In this document: positions 1-8,566 of the stretch, piece after piece
How the letters are laid out: each line of letters opens with the position of its first letter
How positions within the stretch are numbered: the first letter of the stretch is position 1
IMG/VR virus record: IMGVR_UViG_3300045450_000050
Coordinates: 71,343-135,342 of that record
DNA from: a virus
Lineage: Duplodnaviria > Heunggongvirae > Uroviricota > Caudoviricetes
DNA: 64,000 nt
Direction: 5' to 3' (one strand)
Position numbers and translations under genes: made by a program
Notes under the pieces: model-generated
What the model saw: the letters and a program-made list of their open reading frames with translations, nothing else
Databases searched by the model: none
Told to the model about the DNA's origin: nothing

Positions 1-288
1 CAGCACCGACGTTCCGGAGATCCGGTACTCCCAGAAGTCGCGTCCCCGGAAGGACTCGTAGAAGAAGCCCTCGGCGTGCTCGTAGCTCCCGCCACGTTCG
101 GGCTCGCGTGCACGCAGCTCCGCCTCTTGCTCGGCAACTTCCTGCGCCCAGTGCTTGGCCTGCTTGCGGGCGCTTTTCAGGCGCTCTTCGAGGTCACGGC
201 GTATGCGCACCCACTCGGCGTTCTCGCGGCGGCTGTGGGCGATGTAGTTCCTCAGCGCTTCGGTGGGGACGAACGAATAGTCAGCCAT
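1..288 (-). CDS. hypothetical protein (5' part; continues beyond window start)
   Basis: Minus-strand ATG at 288..286 (MADYSFVPTEALRNY...), open to position 1, high GC3; not in track because no stop in window. Confidence 0.45.
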   Translation of the reverse strand, partial: MADYSFVPTEALRNYIAHSRRENAEWVRIRRDLEERLKSARKQAKHWAQEVAEQEAELRAREPERGGSYEHAEGFFYESFRGRDFWEYRISGTSVL

Positions 289-333
289 GGCCCAGCTCCT
301 TCAAGGCGAGGGCCATCCGCACGTAGATGCCCA

Positions 334-636
334 TCAGCGTCGCGCCTCCTGGACACGCCGGATGTACTTCTGCTTCAGGGTGAGGGGAGCATCTTCCCAG
401 CGCGTGATGTCGTAGACCGCGCCGATGTAGTCGCGAGCGTCTTGCTCGTCCTCATCGAACCACTTCTTCGCGAGGTCGTCGGTCGAAAGCACGGAAGGAA
501 TCATCTGAGCTTTCACGGGCGGCGAGCTGAAGCGCGGCTTGGGCGTCTCGAAGTTCGCCGTCAGGCCGCAGACTCGGCACCACGGCGGCTTGCCATCGCG
601 GTTCTGGATCGGGTCGTGGTCGTGCTCGACAGGCAT
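334..636 (-). CDS. hypothetical protein (~100 aa)
   Basis: Track ORF 334..918 trimmed to internal ATG 636 (MPVEHDHD...); ATGA overlap with stop of upstream HDAC gene. Confidence 0.6.
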   Translation of the reverse strand: MPVEHDHDPIQNRDGKPPWCRVCGLTANFETPKPRFSSPPVKAQMIPSVLSTDDLAKKWFDEDEQDARDYIGAVYDITRWEDAPLTLKQKYIRRVQEARR

Positions 637-1556
637 CAGTTCTCCGTCAGTTCGGCGTTGAGAGCGAGCACGACCTGTGCCCACGCCACGGGGGTGTACG
701 TGAAGGGGGTGTAGCCACCCGCGCCGCCTGCGAGCACGGGAATGCCCAGGTCGTGCGCCATCTCGCCGACACGGTGCGCCGCATCGGTCAAGCCTTCGAT
801 GGTGTACTTCAGGCCCCCCAGGGGATCTTCGGTGAGGCCATCTGCGCCGATGGCGAGCAGCAGCACATCGGGACCGAAGTCCTGGATCTTGTCGATGGCT
901 ACGCGGACGGCATTCCACAGCGCGGTGTCACCGTCGCCCTCGGTCAGCGGAAAGTTGTAGGCGTTCAGCAGCTCGCGCGACGTGTTGCCAGTGCCCGGGT
1001 AGATCCCCTGCTGGTGGATCGAGATCGTGAGCACGTTCGGATTGTCGAGAGTGAGGTCCTCGACGCCGTCACCGTGATGCACATCCCAATCCAAGTACGC
1101 CACGCGCTTGCCCTGGTCGGTGAAGAACTTCGCGGCCCACGCCATGTCGTTGAGCGCGCAGAAGCCCGCGCTGTGCGCGTATGCGGCGTGGTGCTTCGCA
1201 CCCTGAGGGTTGAAGAACACCTCGCGCGGGTAGCCCCGGCGCACGACCTCCTGCGCAAGCGCACGGGTGCCTGCGAACATCATCGGTGCGACGTACGAAC
1301 CCTGCTCACCGGGATGCGTCAGATCACGGCCATCGAACAGGTCGTCGATGTACTGCGGGTCGTGGATCTCCTTCAGACGCTCGCGGTCAGCGTCCCGGTT
1401 GGTCTTCGCCGGGCTCGGGATGATGACGTTGACGGGAGTCCCGTCGTTGTCGGCCTCAGCCTTGATGTGCTTGACGGCGAGGTAGGCGCGCTGGGGGGAC
1501 GCGTGCGAGCCCGTCCAGTCGAGATATGCGGGGCTGTAGCCGATGTGGATGGTCAT
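636..1556 (-). CDS. histone deacetylase-family protein (HDAC/AcuC/acetylpolyamine amidohydrolase-like)
   Basis: 306 aa; HDAC signature DWDVHHGDG and AHSAGFCALND; RBS GAAGGA upstream of ATG 1556. Confidence 0.85.
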   Translation of the reverse strand: MTIHIGYSPAYLDWTGSHASPQRAYLAVKHIKAEADNDGTPVNVIIPSPAKTNRDADRERLKEIHDPQYIDDLFDGRDLTHPGEQGSYVAPMMFAGTRALAQEVVRRGYPREVFFNPQGAKHHAAYAHSAGFCALNDMAWAAKFFTDQGKRVAYLDWDVHHGDGVEDLTLDNPNVLTISIHQQGIYPGTGNTSRELLNAYNFPLTEGDGDTALWNAVRVAIDKIQDFGPDVLLLAIGADGLTEDPLGGLKYTIEGLTDAAHRVGEMAHDLGIPVLAGGAGGYTPFTYTPVAWAQVVLALNAELTEN

Positions 1557-1685
1557 GAGGTCCTTCTTTCCATCAGGCCACTCTTAGGCCTAATAAATGC
1601 AGTATACGCGCTAACCGAGGGCTCCGCTAGTAGATAGGCTGCTTCGCATGGCGACTGGGATGTGCGAAGCCCTCGGAGTCTTTGG

Positions 1686-1934
1686 TTACTCGGGCTGGCC
1701 GGTGATCGGATTGCGGCCCAGAGCGCGCTGGATGTTGTGCTCGACCGCGGCGGCGAGGCACTCGATGGAGCAGGCGTAGGTCTTCGGAATCGGTCCACCC
1801 CCTGCCCCTGTTGCCCAGGAGCCCTTGCCGAGGTGGTAGCCGGAAGTCGCCGTGACTCCTTCGAAGTCAACTTCTTCCTCCTCGCCGCACTCTGCGTTGT
1901 CGCAGATCAGGATCTTGGCCGTGCGCATACCCAT
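1686..1934 (-). CDS. small Cys-rich hypothetical protein
   Basis: Track ORF 1686..2012 trimmed to ATG at 1934 (MGMRTAKILICDNAECG...); ATGA overlap with upstream stop. Confidence 0.55.
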   Translation of the reverse strand: MGMRTAKILICDNAECGEEEEVDFEGVTATSGYHLGKGSWATGAGGGPIPKTYACSIECLAAAVEHNIQRALGRNPITGQPE

Positions 1935-2272
1935 CAGAGTCCTTCCCGGTACGCCAACATCGTCAGCGCATACCGCTTCATCAAGTAGTAGTTGTGCTTG
2001 GAGGACTGCCACATGTCTCCATACAAGAGACCGAACAGCGCCGCGATGATGAACTTGTCCCAGTAGTCACCGCCGCTGATGTCGGTGATGAGCAGCCCGA
2101 TCCCGGCGAAGAGATTGAGAACGATGGTGGGCAGACCCGCGAGCCAGACGCCCCACTTCTGGGCCGCACCCAGCTTGCGGTACTTCTCGGCTTCGTCGCG
2201 CATGTACTGCTCGTAGTGCTCGTCGGAGAAGAACTGGTCGGGGGTGCGGGGGTTGAACTCTTGCTGAATCAC
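1934..2272 (-). CDS. membrane protein, hypothetical
   Basis: 112 aa with two predicted TM helices (WLAGLPTIVLNLFAGIGLLI.., FIIAALFGLLYG). Confidence 0.7.
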   Translation of the reverse strand: MIQQEFNPRTPDQFFSDEHYEQYMRDEAEKYRKLGAAQKWGVWLAGLPTIVLNLFAGIGLLITDISGGDYWDKFIIAALFGLLYGDMWQSSKHNYYLMKRYALTMLAYREGL

Positions 2273-2469
2273 TGCGGCTCCTCGGGCTCGACGATAACGG
2301 ACGCCAGCGTGGCATGGATCTGTGCGATGGCGAGCTGGTGAGTGATGTTCTGGTTGAGCACGGCGATGACGCTGGGGTTCAGGAGCTTGTCACTTCCGGC
2401 TGCGCTGACGGCCAGTGCCGACTCCAGGTACTTCTCCGCTGCCTGGTAGTGCTCTTCACGAGTAGCCAT
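2269..2469 (-). CDS. hypothetical protein (66 aa)
   Basis: Trimmed from track ORF 2269..2919 to MATREEHYQAAEKYLE...; ATGA overlap with upstream stop. Confidence 0.55.
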   Translation of the reverse strand: MATREEHYQAAEKYLESALAVSAAGSDKLLNPSVIAVLNQNITHQLAIAQIHATLASVIVEPEEPQ

Positions 2470-2678
2470 CAGCGACCCCACCGTCCTGTTTCCTTGACCC
2501 AGCGCTCCTGGTCGACTTTCCACCCCTTGAAGGGCGGGTTCCCCTGCGAGACGGGCTGCTGCGGCTTGGGAGTGGGCTCTGCCACCTTGGGTGCCTCCGG
2601 GGCCTTGGGTGCGTCGGGCAGGACGATGGCGTCCAGGCCCAGAGTGGATGCGCGGCGGCGCGGGCGTCGAGTTCTCAC
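2469..2678 (-). CDS. hypothetical protein (69 aa)
   Basis: Track ORF; Pro/Lys-rich; start overlaps upstream stop. Confidence 0.5.
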   Translation of the reverse strand: MRTRRPRRRASTLGLDAIVLPDAPKAPEAPKVAEPTPKPQQPVSQGNPPFKGWKVDQERWVKETGRWGR

Positions 2679-3295
2679 ACGACAGCCTTGCCGTCGAGCA
2701 CGCCGCGGACATAGGCCGCACGTGCTTCCGCGTTGCGGTCGACGCCGGGCTCGCCGTCTTGCGGGGGGTACAGCTCCAGCGCTCGATTCTCGATTCGAGT
2801 CTGTGCTTCGTCAGCCCGCTTAGCCAGCATCTCGGCGAGGTCACGGTGCCCCTTCGGAATCCAGTCCTCGTCGTAGTGATCGAGGGTGATCTCGTACAGC
2901 GACATGCCCTTGTACTCACGGGGGGAGTACACGTCGATCTTGCCCACCGGCACGTCGGCGTCGGCGTAGTAGCGCGTGGTTGACGTGCCCAGCTCCATGA
3001 CGAGGCCGCGACCCATCTCGGTCGCCTTCTCCTGGGCCTCTCGGCGCTGCGTCACGTCGAAGCTGGCGGGCTTGATGTCCAGGCGTGTCACGTTGTCGGG
3101 GTGGGCGAAGTGGTTCGCGTAGGTCTCGCCTTCGCTGAGTCGTGCGTGCATGAGGGTCTCCTGCCTCTTGGTCTCTTCGTCGAACGCTGCCATGATGGCC
3201 GCGCCCTCTCGGTTCGCCTTCTTGCTACCGCCATAGATCAGGTAGAAGATCGCGTTCTTCAGATCTTGTCGACGGGTTTTGCGGGTGGGGATCAC
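2675..3295 (-). CDS. hypothetical protein (~206 aa, GTG start)
   Basis: Track ORF 2675..3637 trimmed to GTG 3295 (VIPTRKTRRQDL...) with GAAGAG RBS; GTGA overlap with upstream stop. Confidence 0.6.
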   Translation of the reverse strand: MIPTRKTRRQDLKNAIFYLIYGGSKKANREGAAIMAAFDEETKRQETLMHARLSEGETYANHFAHPDNVTRLDIKPASFDVTQRREAQEKATEMGRGLVMELGTSTTRYYADADVPVGKIDVYSPREYKGMSLYEITLDHYDEDWIPKGHRDLAEMLAKRADEAQTRIENRALELYPPQDGEPGVDRNAEARAAYVRGVLDGKAVV

Positions 3296-3546
3296 GGCAT
3301 TCTCTTCAAGATCAGGTAGTCCTTCACCTTGCCGATGCGCCCGTGTGTCGGGCACTCCACCGGCTCGTTGGGGTTGAGCTTGCGCCAGGTATCGATGAGA
3401 CCGGCGTGCTCGTTGCAGAGGTACATGAGCTGGCCGGTCTCGGCCTCGCACTCGGGCCCGTAGATGAACTGCGCAGGCGCACCGCAGCCGCGGGGGCCGA
3501 TGAAGGTCTGGATGGTCGTCTCGCAGACGAACTCGCTGGCGTCCAT
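3292..3546 (-). CDS. small Cys-rich hypothetical protein (84 aa)
   Basis: Trimmed to MDASEFVCETT...; several Cys (zinc-ribbon-like); ATGA overlap. Confidence 0.6.
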   Translation of the reverse strand: MDASEFVCETTIQTFIGPRGCGAPAQFIYGPECEAETGQLMYLCNEHAGLIDTWRKLNPNEPVECPTHGRIGKVKDYLILKRMP

Positions 3547-3917
3547 CAGATGTTTCCGTCCGCCACACGCTCGTTCGCAGTCGGCTCTTCGACGGGGGTG
3601 CGTGTGCTGTGCGTGTCGAGCCACTCCTGGGCATCACTGATGTCGACGAGGGTGGTGAGGTTGGCCACCGCGGCGATGAGCGCCTTCACGTCACGCTTGC
3701 GCGCGCTGTGCGTGTTCTTGTGCGTGTCGAGCCACTCCTGGGCGTCACGAGCAGTGTCGATGGCCTGCGAGAGCGTTATCTGACGACGCATCCGCTCCTG
3801 TTGTGCTTCGCGTTCCTGCTTGTCGAGCGCTGCACGCGCGTCGACTCGCGAAAGGAACTCGGGCTCGTCTGTCGTGACGGGCCCTGATGTCTTGGGGCGG
3901 CGGCTGAAAAGTCGCAT
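3546..3917 (-). CDS. hypothetical protein with internal duplication
   Basis: Trimmed to MRLFSRRPKTSG...; peptide DAQEWLDTH occurs twice, encoded by a ~40-bp direct repeat at ~3599-3640 and ~3709-3750. Confidence 0.6.
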   Translation of the reverse strand: MRLFSRRPKTSGPVTTDEPEFLSRVDARAALDKQEREAQQERMRRQITLSQAIDTARDAQEWLDTHKNTHSARKRDVKALIAAVANLTTLVDISDAQEWLDTHSTRTPVEEPTANERVADGNI

Positions 3918-3918
3918 G

Positions 3919-4125
3919 TCAGGCTTCCTCGTAGTGGGTGATCCGCATGGGATCGAAGTTCTCGGGCGGATTGATGGCGACGAACATGGTGTGCTCACCA
4001 TCCTTCTTCGCACGAACCGGTACGCGGGTGCCATCATCGAGGACGGCGATTCGTGTGCTCATGTCCGTGATACTCCGGATGGAGCAGGCACATTCACCGT
4101 TAGGTCGACCGTTACACGAGCACAT
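3919..4125 (-). CDS. small Cys-rich hypothetical protein (68 aa)
   Basis: AAGGAA RBS 5 nt before ATG 4125; N-terminal CxC..CxC. Confidence 0.6.
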   Translation of the reverse strand: MCSCNGRPNGECACSIRSITDMSTRIAVLDDGTRVPVRAKKDGEHTMFVAINPPENFDPMRITHYEEA

Positions 4126-4492
4126 CGTGGTTCCTTACTGCCGTCAATGCGGCTTCCAGCTTCTTGCGGTGCACGTGCTTGCGAGCCAGCTCCTTGTCGA
4201 GGGTGGTGAAGCCCCACTGCGCCCCGCAACGGCAAACCCAGTCGCCCCTGAAGCTGGACTCGACCTTGTGGTGCTTGCTCTGCGTCTCCATGGCCTGGAG
4301 GGCGCGGGCGATGTCGACCTCGCTCCAAGTGCCCCGAGTCTTCGGGCTCATGCGGTCACGGACAGCTTGACGCAGCGCTTCAACAGCGTCGCCACGCGCG
4401 TTGGCCAGGTAGGTCCGCACGAAACTTTCCAGGCGCGCTGCGCGCCGGGGGCTCGGTGTCAGCACGGGCTCGCCCGTCTTGTTGTCGATCAT
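4112..4492 (-). CDS. hypothetical protein (126 aa)
   Basis: Trimmed from 4112..4855 to MIDNKTGEPVLTP...; ATGA overlap. Confidence 0.65.
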   Translation of the reverse strand: MIDNKTGEPVLTPSPRRAARLESFVRTYLANARGDAVEALRQAVRDRMSPKTRGTWSEVDIARALQAMETQSKHHKVESSFRGDWVCRCGAQWGFTTLDKELARKHVHRKKLEAALTAVRNHDVLV

Positions 4493-4812
4493 CGTTCCTT
4501 CACCACCGTCATGTCCCATCCCTGGTTGACGGCGTCCTGCTCGTGGTCCCTGATCCAATTCAGGCCCTCGGTCTTGGTGTCGAAGCGATAGGGCAGGCGG
4601 TTGTGGACGGTGCTGCCCACCTCGTTCTGCCGCTCCATGTCGATGCGCCACTTCAGGTCGATGATGCGCACGCCCTCGGCGTAGAGAGTCGCGGCGACCT
4701 CTCGGTGGTAGCTGAGGTAGTGGCTGAATGTGGTGTGCTTCGCCTCTGCCTGATGCAGCGCGAGGGCCAGCTTCTCGATGGCCTTGGCCTCGATATCGTC
4801 CAGATGTGTCAT
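4489..4812 (-). CDS. hypothetical protein (107 aa)
   Basis: Trimmed to MTHLDDIEAKAIEK...; ATGA overlap. Confidence 0.65.
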   Translation of the reverse strand: MTHLDDIEAKAIEKLALALHQAEAKHTTFSHYLSYHREVAATLYAEGVRIIDLKWRIDMERQNEVGSTVHNRLPYRFDTKTEGLNWIRDHEQDAVNQGWDMTVVKER

Positions 4813-5282
4813 CAGGCGCGCCCTCGCTCCTGGCGGACGTACTTGTAGCGACCACGGATCTCGGTCACCATCTGATCGCGCTTGGCCTGGTCCAGCTCGC
4901 TCCACGGCATGAAGGCGGCGGTGAAGCCGTTGGTCTCATAGACCGCACGTGTCACGTCCTCCCAGAACTTGTCGGTGTTCTGCGGCTGAGTGAGCAGCGC
5001 CACGACGACCGTATCGATGTCGCGGTGCTGGTAGCCGAGCTGGCCGTTCGAGTCGGCGACGGCATCCAAGCGCTCGACGGCAGCGTGGACCTCGGCATCG
5101 CGCGGGAGGAGCAGGAACATGCCCTCCACGATTGCCTTGATGGACTTGCTGCCCTCGACGATCTCGGCCTGCGCAGCATCGGAGCGGCCCTGCTTGGCGT
5201 GGGCGAGCGCGGTGTTGAGGCGGTACATCAGCTCCGCCTGGAGCTTGTCGACCACAGCGTTCTGAATGGGGTTGTTCGGCAT
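4812..5282 (-). CDS. hypothetical protein (156 aa)
   Basis: Full track ORF; promoter-like motif at 5321-5354 upstream. Confidence 0.75.
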   Translation of the reverse strand: MPNNPIQNAVVDKLQAELMYRLNTALAHAKQGRSDAAQAEIVEGSKSIKAIVEGMFLLLPRDAEVHAAVERLDAVADSNGQLGYQHRDIDTVVVALLTQPQNTDKFWEDVTRAVYETNGFTAAFMPWSELDQAKRDQMVTEIRGRYKYVRQERGRA

Positions 5283-5320
5283 GATGCCCTTTCGCTAGGC
5301 GAGTGCTTTCGACCCGCAGA

Positions 5321-5354
5321 TTGATTATTGCACGTTACGCGCTATCGCACAAAG
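5321..5354 (-). promoter_or_regulatory. promoter-like motif copy
   Basis: TTGATTATTGCACGTTACGCGCTATCGCACAAAG. Confidence 0.55.
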
Positions 5355-5560
5355 AGGGACAAGACCGTGCCGCCGAGTACCACGCCAAGCAGAGCAATGA
5401 GCGCGACGAGCGGCCATGTCCAGCGGTCACTGCGCTTGGGCTTGTCCCAAACGGCGCGGTGACCGTAGTCGGCGGGATGGACGTGGCGGAAGGTGTTCTT
5501 GGCGGTGACATAGATCGCGCAGTCGCACTCGGCGCACTTCAGGTACTGGGGCCGAGTCAT
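5342..5560 (-). CDS. small membrane protein with N-terminal CxxC
   Basis: 72 aa, C-terminal TM helix; 3' end overlaps promoter motif. Confidence 0.65.
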   Translation of the reverse strand: MTRPQYLKCAECDCAIYVTAKNTFRHVHPADYGHRAVWDKPKRSDRWTWPLVALIALLGVVLGGTVLSLFVR

Positions 5561-5865
5561 CGGTCACCTCCATACAGCCAATAGCCGTCACTAACATCAT
5601 TTTCGTAGCCCACCAGGACCCAGCTTTGTTTATCTACGTGACGGGGTCCGTGCGTAGAAACGTCCTCTGTGCAGCGCACGCGCTTTCCCGGCGAGTTTTC
5701 CCACGTGAAGCCGCACCGCCCATCGGCCGTGGCGGTCTGCCGCAGGCCGCGCTCACAGATGTCGAAGTGCTCGGTCAGGCTCTTGGCGATGGTCGCGGGC
5801 GAGGCGGCGTAGATCAAGCCGAACCGGATGTGCTTCTCAATCTCGCGCTCGATGTCACTTGCCAC
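5557..5865 (-). CDS. hypothetical protein (GTG start; alternative ATG 5937)
   Basis: GAGAGGAA RBS before in-frame GTG 5865; the ATG at 5937 would overlap the upstream gene by 83 nt. Confidence 0.5.
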   Translation of the reverse strand: MASDIEREIEKHIRFGLIYAASPATIAKSLTEHFDICERGLRQTATADGRCGFTWENSPGKRVRCTEDVSTHGPRHVDKQSWVLVGYENDVSDGYWLYGGDR

Positions 5866-6094
5866 GGTTGCGTTCCTCTCGGATTTCCCGCAGACGCCGG
5901 AGCATGTAATCGCGGTACTCGGGCCCAGTCGAGTCATCGCTGGGGGTCTGGAGAGCTGTTCCCACGTCGTCCCAGGCGTTTTCGAGCTGGGTCCGAAGCT
6001 CGACGAACCGAGGCAGGAGCCACAGCCCTGTCGCGAGGGAGCCGACGAACAAGCCCATGACGACGAGGAAGACGTACAGGATCGTCTCTTGCAT
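5855..6094 (-). CDS. membrane protein (79 aa)
   Basis: Track ORF; N-terminal TM helix. Confidence 0.65.
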   Translation of the reverse strand: MQETILYVFLVVMGLFVGSLATGLWLLPRFVELRTQLENAWDDVGTALQTPSDDSTGPEYRDYMLRRLREIREERNRGK

Positions 6095-6270
6095 CAGTCG
6101 GCTTCCCGTCCGCGAAAGAACTGGAACAGGAAAGTGCCCCCGATGATGACGGCTCCGAACCCTATGTTGATGGGGCTGTACGGGTTTCCTGCGATGGCGA
6201 GCGCTGTTCCTGCGACGACCTGCCCGCCGCCGAAGGCGTAGGGCAGGAAGCGGCTTCCACGGAACTTCAT
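6094..6270 (-). CDS. small membrane protein (~58 aa)
   Basis: Not in track; ORF MKFRGSRFLPYAFGGGQVVAGTALAIAG... fills the gap; stop/start overlaps on both sides. Confidence 0.4.
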   Translation of the reverse strand: MKFRGSRFLPYAFGGGQVVAGTALAIAGNPYSPINIGFGAVIIGGTFLFQFFRGREAD

Positions 6271-6614
6271 CGCTTCGTCGCCGCGATGATGTCTTCGAAG
6301 ATCAAGTGCTTGTCTTCGTTCCGATGCGCGATGCCGACGATCATGCGGTTTTCACGCAGCACGATCACGTCCTTGCCCTTGACTTCGGACCAGTCACGGA
6401 CGCCGACAACGTCCAGGACGGTCTTCAGGTAGAGCGTCAGCGCCTCCGGCCCCCAGGCACGTGCGGGCTCGCCTTGGCCCCAGTTCGGGCCCTTGAAGAT
6501 CAGGTACGCGGTGAAGATGTTGTGATCTTCGAAGCCGAGCATGGCCCTGTCGACGGTTGCCAGTTCGGCGTCGTAGACCTTGCTGCCGATCCCGATAGTC
6601 ATCGTGCGTCTCAT
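6267..6614 (-). CDS. hypothetical protein (115 aa)
   Basis: Track ORF; ATGA overlaps on both sides. Confidence 0.7.
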   Translation of the reverse strand: MRRTMTIGIGSKVYDAELATVDRAMLGFEDHNIFTAYLIFKGPNWGQGEPARAWGPEALTLYLKTVLDVVGVRDWSEVKGKDVIVLRENRMIVGIAHRNEDKHLIFEDIIAATKR

Positions 6615-7177
6615 GCCTTGTCCTCCTCGTGCTTCTGCGAGCGTACGTCGACCTTGCGAGCCACCGTCAGCAGGGCCTCAGTGGCGATGTGCGGGCCGAA
6701 CGGACGGCGACCGCGCAGGACGAACGTCTCGCGCGCCTCGTGCTCCCAGTAGCCCTTGTAGAGCCCGAAGACGATCTGGAAGATCTCGCTGTCGGTGGAG
6801 TGCTCGGAGGGGTACGCCTTGCCACCGCGGCCGGTGCCCATCTTCTTCGTGATGGTGTCTTCGCGGTAGCACTCGATCTGGACGTACGCGCCCTTGCCCG
6901 GGGTCTTCGACACCACGACCGAGCAGTTCATGCCCAGCTCGATTTCGGAAGTGAGCTGCTGCATGCGCTCGACCAGCTCGTCGGCGACGGCTTCGGGGTC
7001 GGGTTCGCCTTGCGCCAGGTCGATCTCGTCCCAGTTCCACTCGCCGGGCTCGTCCTGGCTGGCGATGAAGCCGTCGATGGACTCGCGACTGGTGAAGTAG
7101 CCGTAGTCGGTCGTGGTGTCCCACATCACGTAGTTGTCCACGTCGATGCGCTTGCGCTGAGGCAGGAAGATGGTCAT
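6611..7177 (-). CDS. hypothetical protein (188 aa)
   Basis: Track ORF. Confidence 0.75.
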   Translation of the reverse strand: MTIFLPQRKRIDVDNYVMWDTTTDYGYFTSRESIDGFIASQDEPGEWNWDEIDLAQGEPDPEAVADELVERMQQLTSEIELGMNCSVVVSKTPGKGAYVQIECYREDTITKKMGTGRGGKAYPSEHSTDSEIFQIVFGLYKGYWEHEARETFVLRGRRPFGPHIATEALLTVARKVDVRSQKHEEDKA

Positions 7178-7308
7178 GAGGTCTCCTCGGTGTGGAAGTG
7201 GGGGCGCTCGCAGGGAGTGCCATGGTCGAACCAGCGGACGCCGTCCTCGACGACGCAGAACGAGTGCAGGGCGAAGATGTCCTGCTGGCGGGGGTCGAAG
7301 CGGTCCAT
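7174..7308 (-). CDS. small hypothetical protein (44 aa)
   Basis: Trimmed to ATG 7308 (MDRFDPRQQDIF...). Confidence 0.4.
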   Translation of the reverse strand: MDRFDPRQQDIFALHSFCVVEDGVRWFDHGTPCERPHFHTEETS

Positions 7309-7309
7309 G

Positions 7310-7384
7310 TCAGGCTCCGTACAGGGGGAACAGGGCGCGCAGGATGCCGCCGAGCACGAGACCGCCACCGACGACGACGGCCAT
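7310..7384 (-). CDS. possible 24-aa hydrophobic peptide
   Basis: ATG..TGA micro-ORF MAVVVGGGLVLGGILRALFPLYGA filling the gap between genes. Confidence 0.25.
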   Translation of the reverse strand: MAVVVGGGLVLGGILRALFPLYGA

Positions 7385-7407
7385 GGGCCAGGTGTAGACG
7401 CGCTCTC

Positions 7408-7716
7408 TCACGACTGCTCCTTCGGGGTGGCGACGGCGTGCGCCAGGATGGCGTACCAGCTCGTCAGGTCGTGGGGGTACTCGTGGAGCCAGGTGCGCTG
7501 TGCGCCCTCTTCCTCACCCCGCTGGTGGCGCTGGAGGGCGTACTGAGCAACCATCTGCGCCGTGGGGTCGCCGTAGCCGAGCTGCGTGGCCATGCGCAGG
7601 CCCGCCGCGATGTTGACGGGGTCGACGTTCACACCAGGCACGAGCGGGTTGCCGTGCATGTCGCGGGTGTTGTGACCGGGGTGGCCCTCGTACAGGGGCT
7701 CCTCGATGAGGCTCAC
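7408..7716 (-). CDS. hypothetical protein (102 aa, GTG start)
   Basis: GTGA overlap with upstream stop. Confidence 0.6.
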   Translation of the reverse strand: MSLIEEPLYEGHPGHNTRDMHGNPLVPGVNVDPVNIAAGLRMATQLGYGDPTAQMVAQYALQRHQRGEEEGAQRTWLHEYPHDLTSWYAILAHAVATPKEQS

Positions 7717-8129
7717 TGGGCCGACTCCAGCCGTCCGCACTTGGCGCAGGCGGGACCGAACGGCGTGCCCACGGAAGGGCCGTGCACGTGCTCGACCTTC
7801 TGTGCGGCGGTCTGCTCGACGATCTTCGACGCCGTCTGCTGCCAGCTCGCCGCGGTGCTCTCCTGGACGGAGGGGCGCAGGTTGCGGTGGCGGAGGATGT
7901 CGGCAGCGGCTCGGTACGCGCGGTACTCCTCGGCGGCTTTCATGGCCTCGCCCACGGAGACTTCTCCGTGGAGGCGAACGGACTCGCGGATCTCTTCGTT
8001 GGTGCCGGAGATGTCGACGCCGTATTTGTCCTCGAAGGTTGCGACGATCTCGTCTTCGCCACGATCGGCGTAGGCGAGTAACGCCCGGAGACGCTTGTCA
8101 GTGAGTTTCTGGGGGGTGCGGGCAGGCAT
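7713..8129 (-). CDS. hypothetical protein (138 aa)
   Basis: Track ORF; first gene after promoter motif 8177-8207. Confidence 0.7.
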   Translation of the reverse strand: MPARTPQKLTDKRLRALLAYADRGEDEIVATFEDKYGVDISGTNEEIRESVRLHGEVSVGEAMKAAEEYRAYRAAADILRHRNLRPSVQESTAASWQQTASKIVEQTAAQKVEHVHGPSVGTPFGPACAKCGRLESAQ

Positions 8130-8176
8130 GTGGATGTCCCTCTGTCTGGCAGGGTGCTCGTGACTCTGCGGTGGTT

Positions 8177-8207
8177 AGATTGTGGCACGTTACGCGCTAA
8201 CGGTCAA
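8177..8207 (-). promoter_or_regulatory. promoter-like motif copy
   Basis: TAGATTGTGGCACGTTACGCGCTAACGGTCAA. Confidence 0.5.
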
Positions 8208-8217
8208 TTCCGGATCT

Positions 8218-8361
8218 CTACTGGTGGTCCCGTTGGTGAGTGCACGCGCAGGCACGTCGAAGCCACCGACCGTCAGCATCTTGTCGGTGCTGGTTATGCC
8301 AGATCCGTCCCAGCGGAGCATCGTTCACCGGGACCCAGGGAAGGGTGGGCATGTCAGTCAT
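8218..8361 (-). CDS. small hypothetical protein (47 aa)
   Basis: Trimmed to ATG 8361; ATGA overlap. Confidence 0.4.
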   Translation of the reverse strand: MTDMPTLPWVPVNDAPLGRIWHNQHRQDADGRWLRRACACTHQRDHQ

Positions 8362-8566
8362 CGGCATCCCATGTTCATCACTTGTCGCAGTACGGCGTGC
8401 AGTCTGCGTCCACATCGGGGACACACCGTGAGGGCCCCGATGAGCGAGTTGGTGTGGAGCTTGCCGCACGGGCAGTAGAAAAACACGGGCGGCTGCACGC
8501 GGGGCAGCGCCAAGAACTCACGGAGCTGCACACCCGACATGCCGTAGACGTTCATCGGTCGCCCAT
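8358..8566 (-). CDS. zinc-ribbon-like small protein (68 aa)
   Basis: Trimmed to MNVYGMSGVQ...; CPCG..CPRCG motifs; ATGA overlap. Confidence 0.55.

Noticed and set aside
753-1637. Long plus-strand ORFs throughout the window (e.g. 753..1637, 4728..5324, 19819..20685, 24910..26130, 41758..43542, 45661..47931, 50479..52803, 60040..61164)
   Set aside because: They are antisense to better-supported minus-strand genes that have RBSs, coupled overlaps, recognisable domains and high GC3. They look like GC-rich open-frame artefacts.
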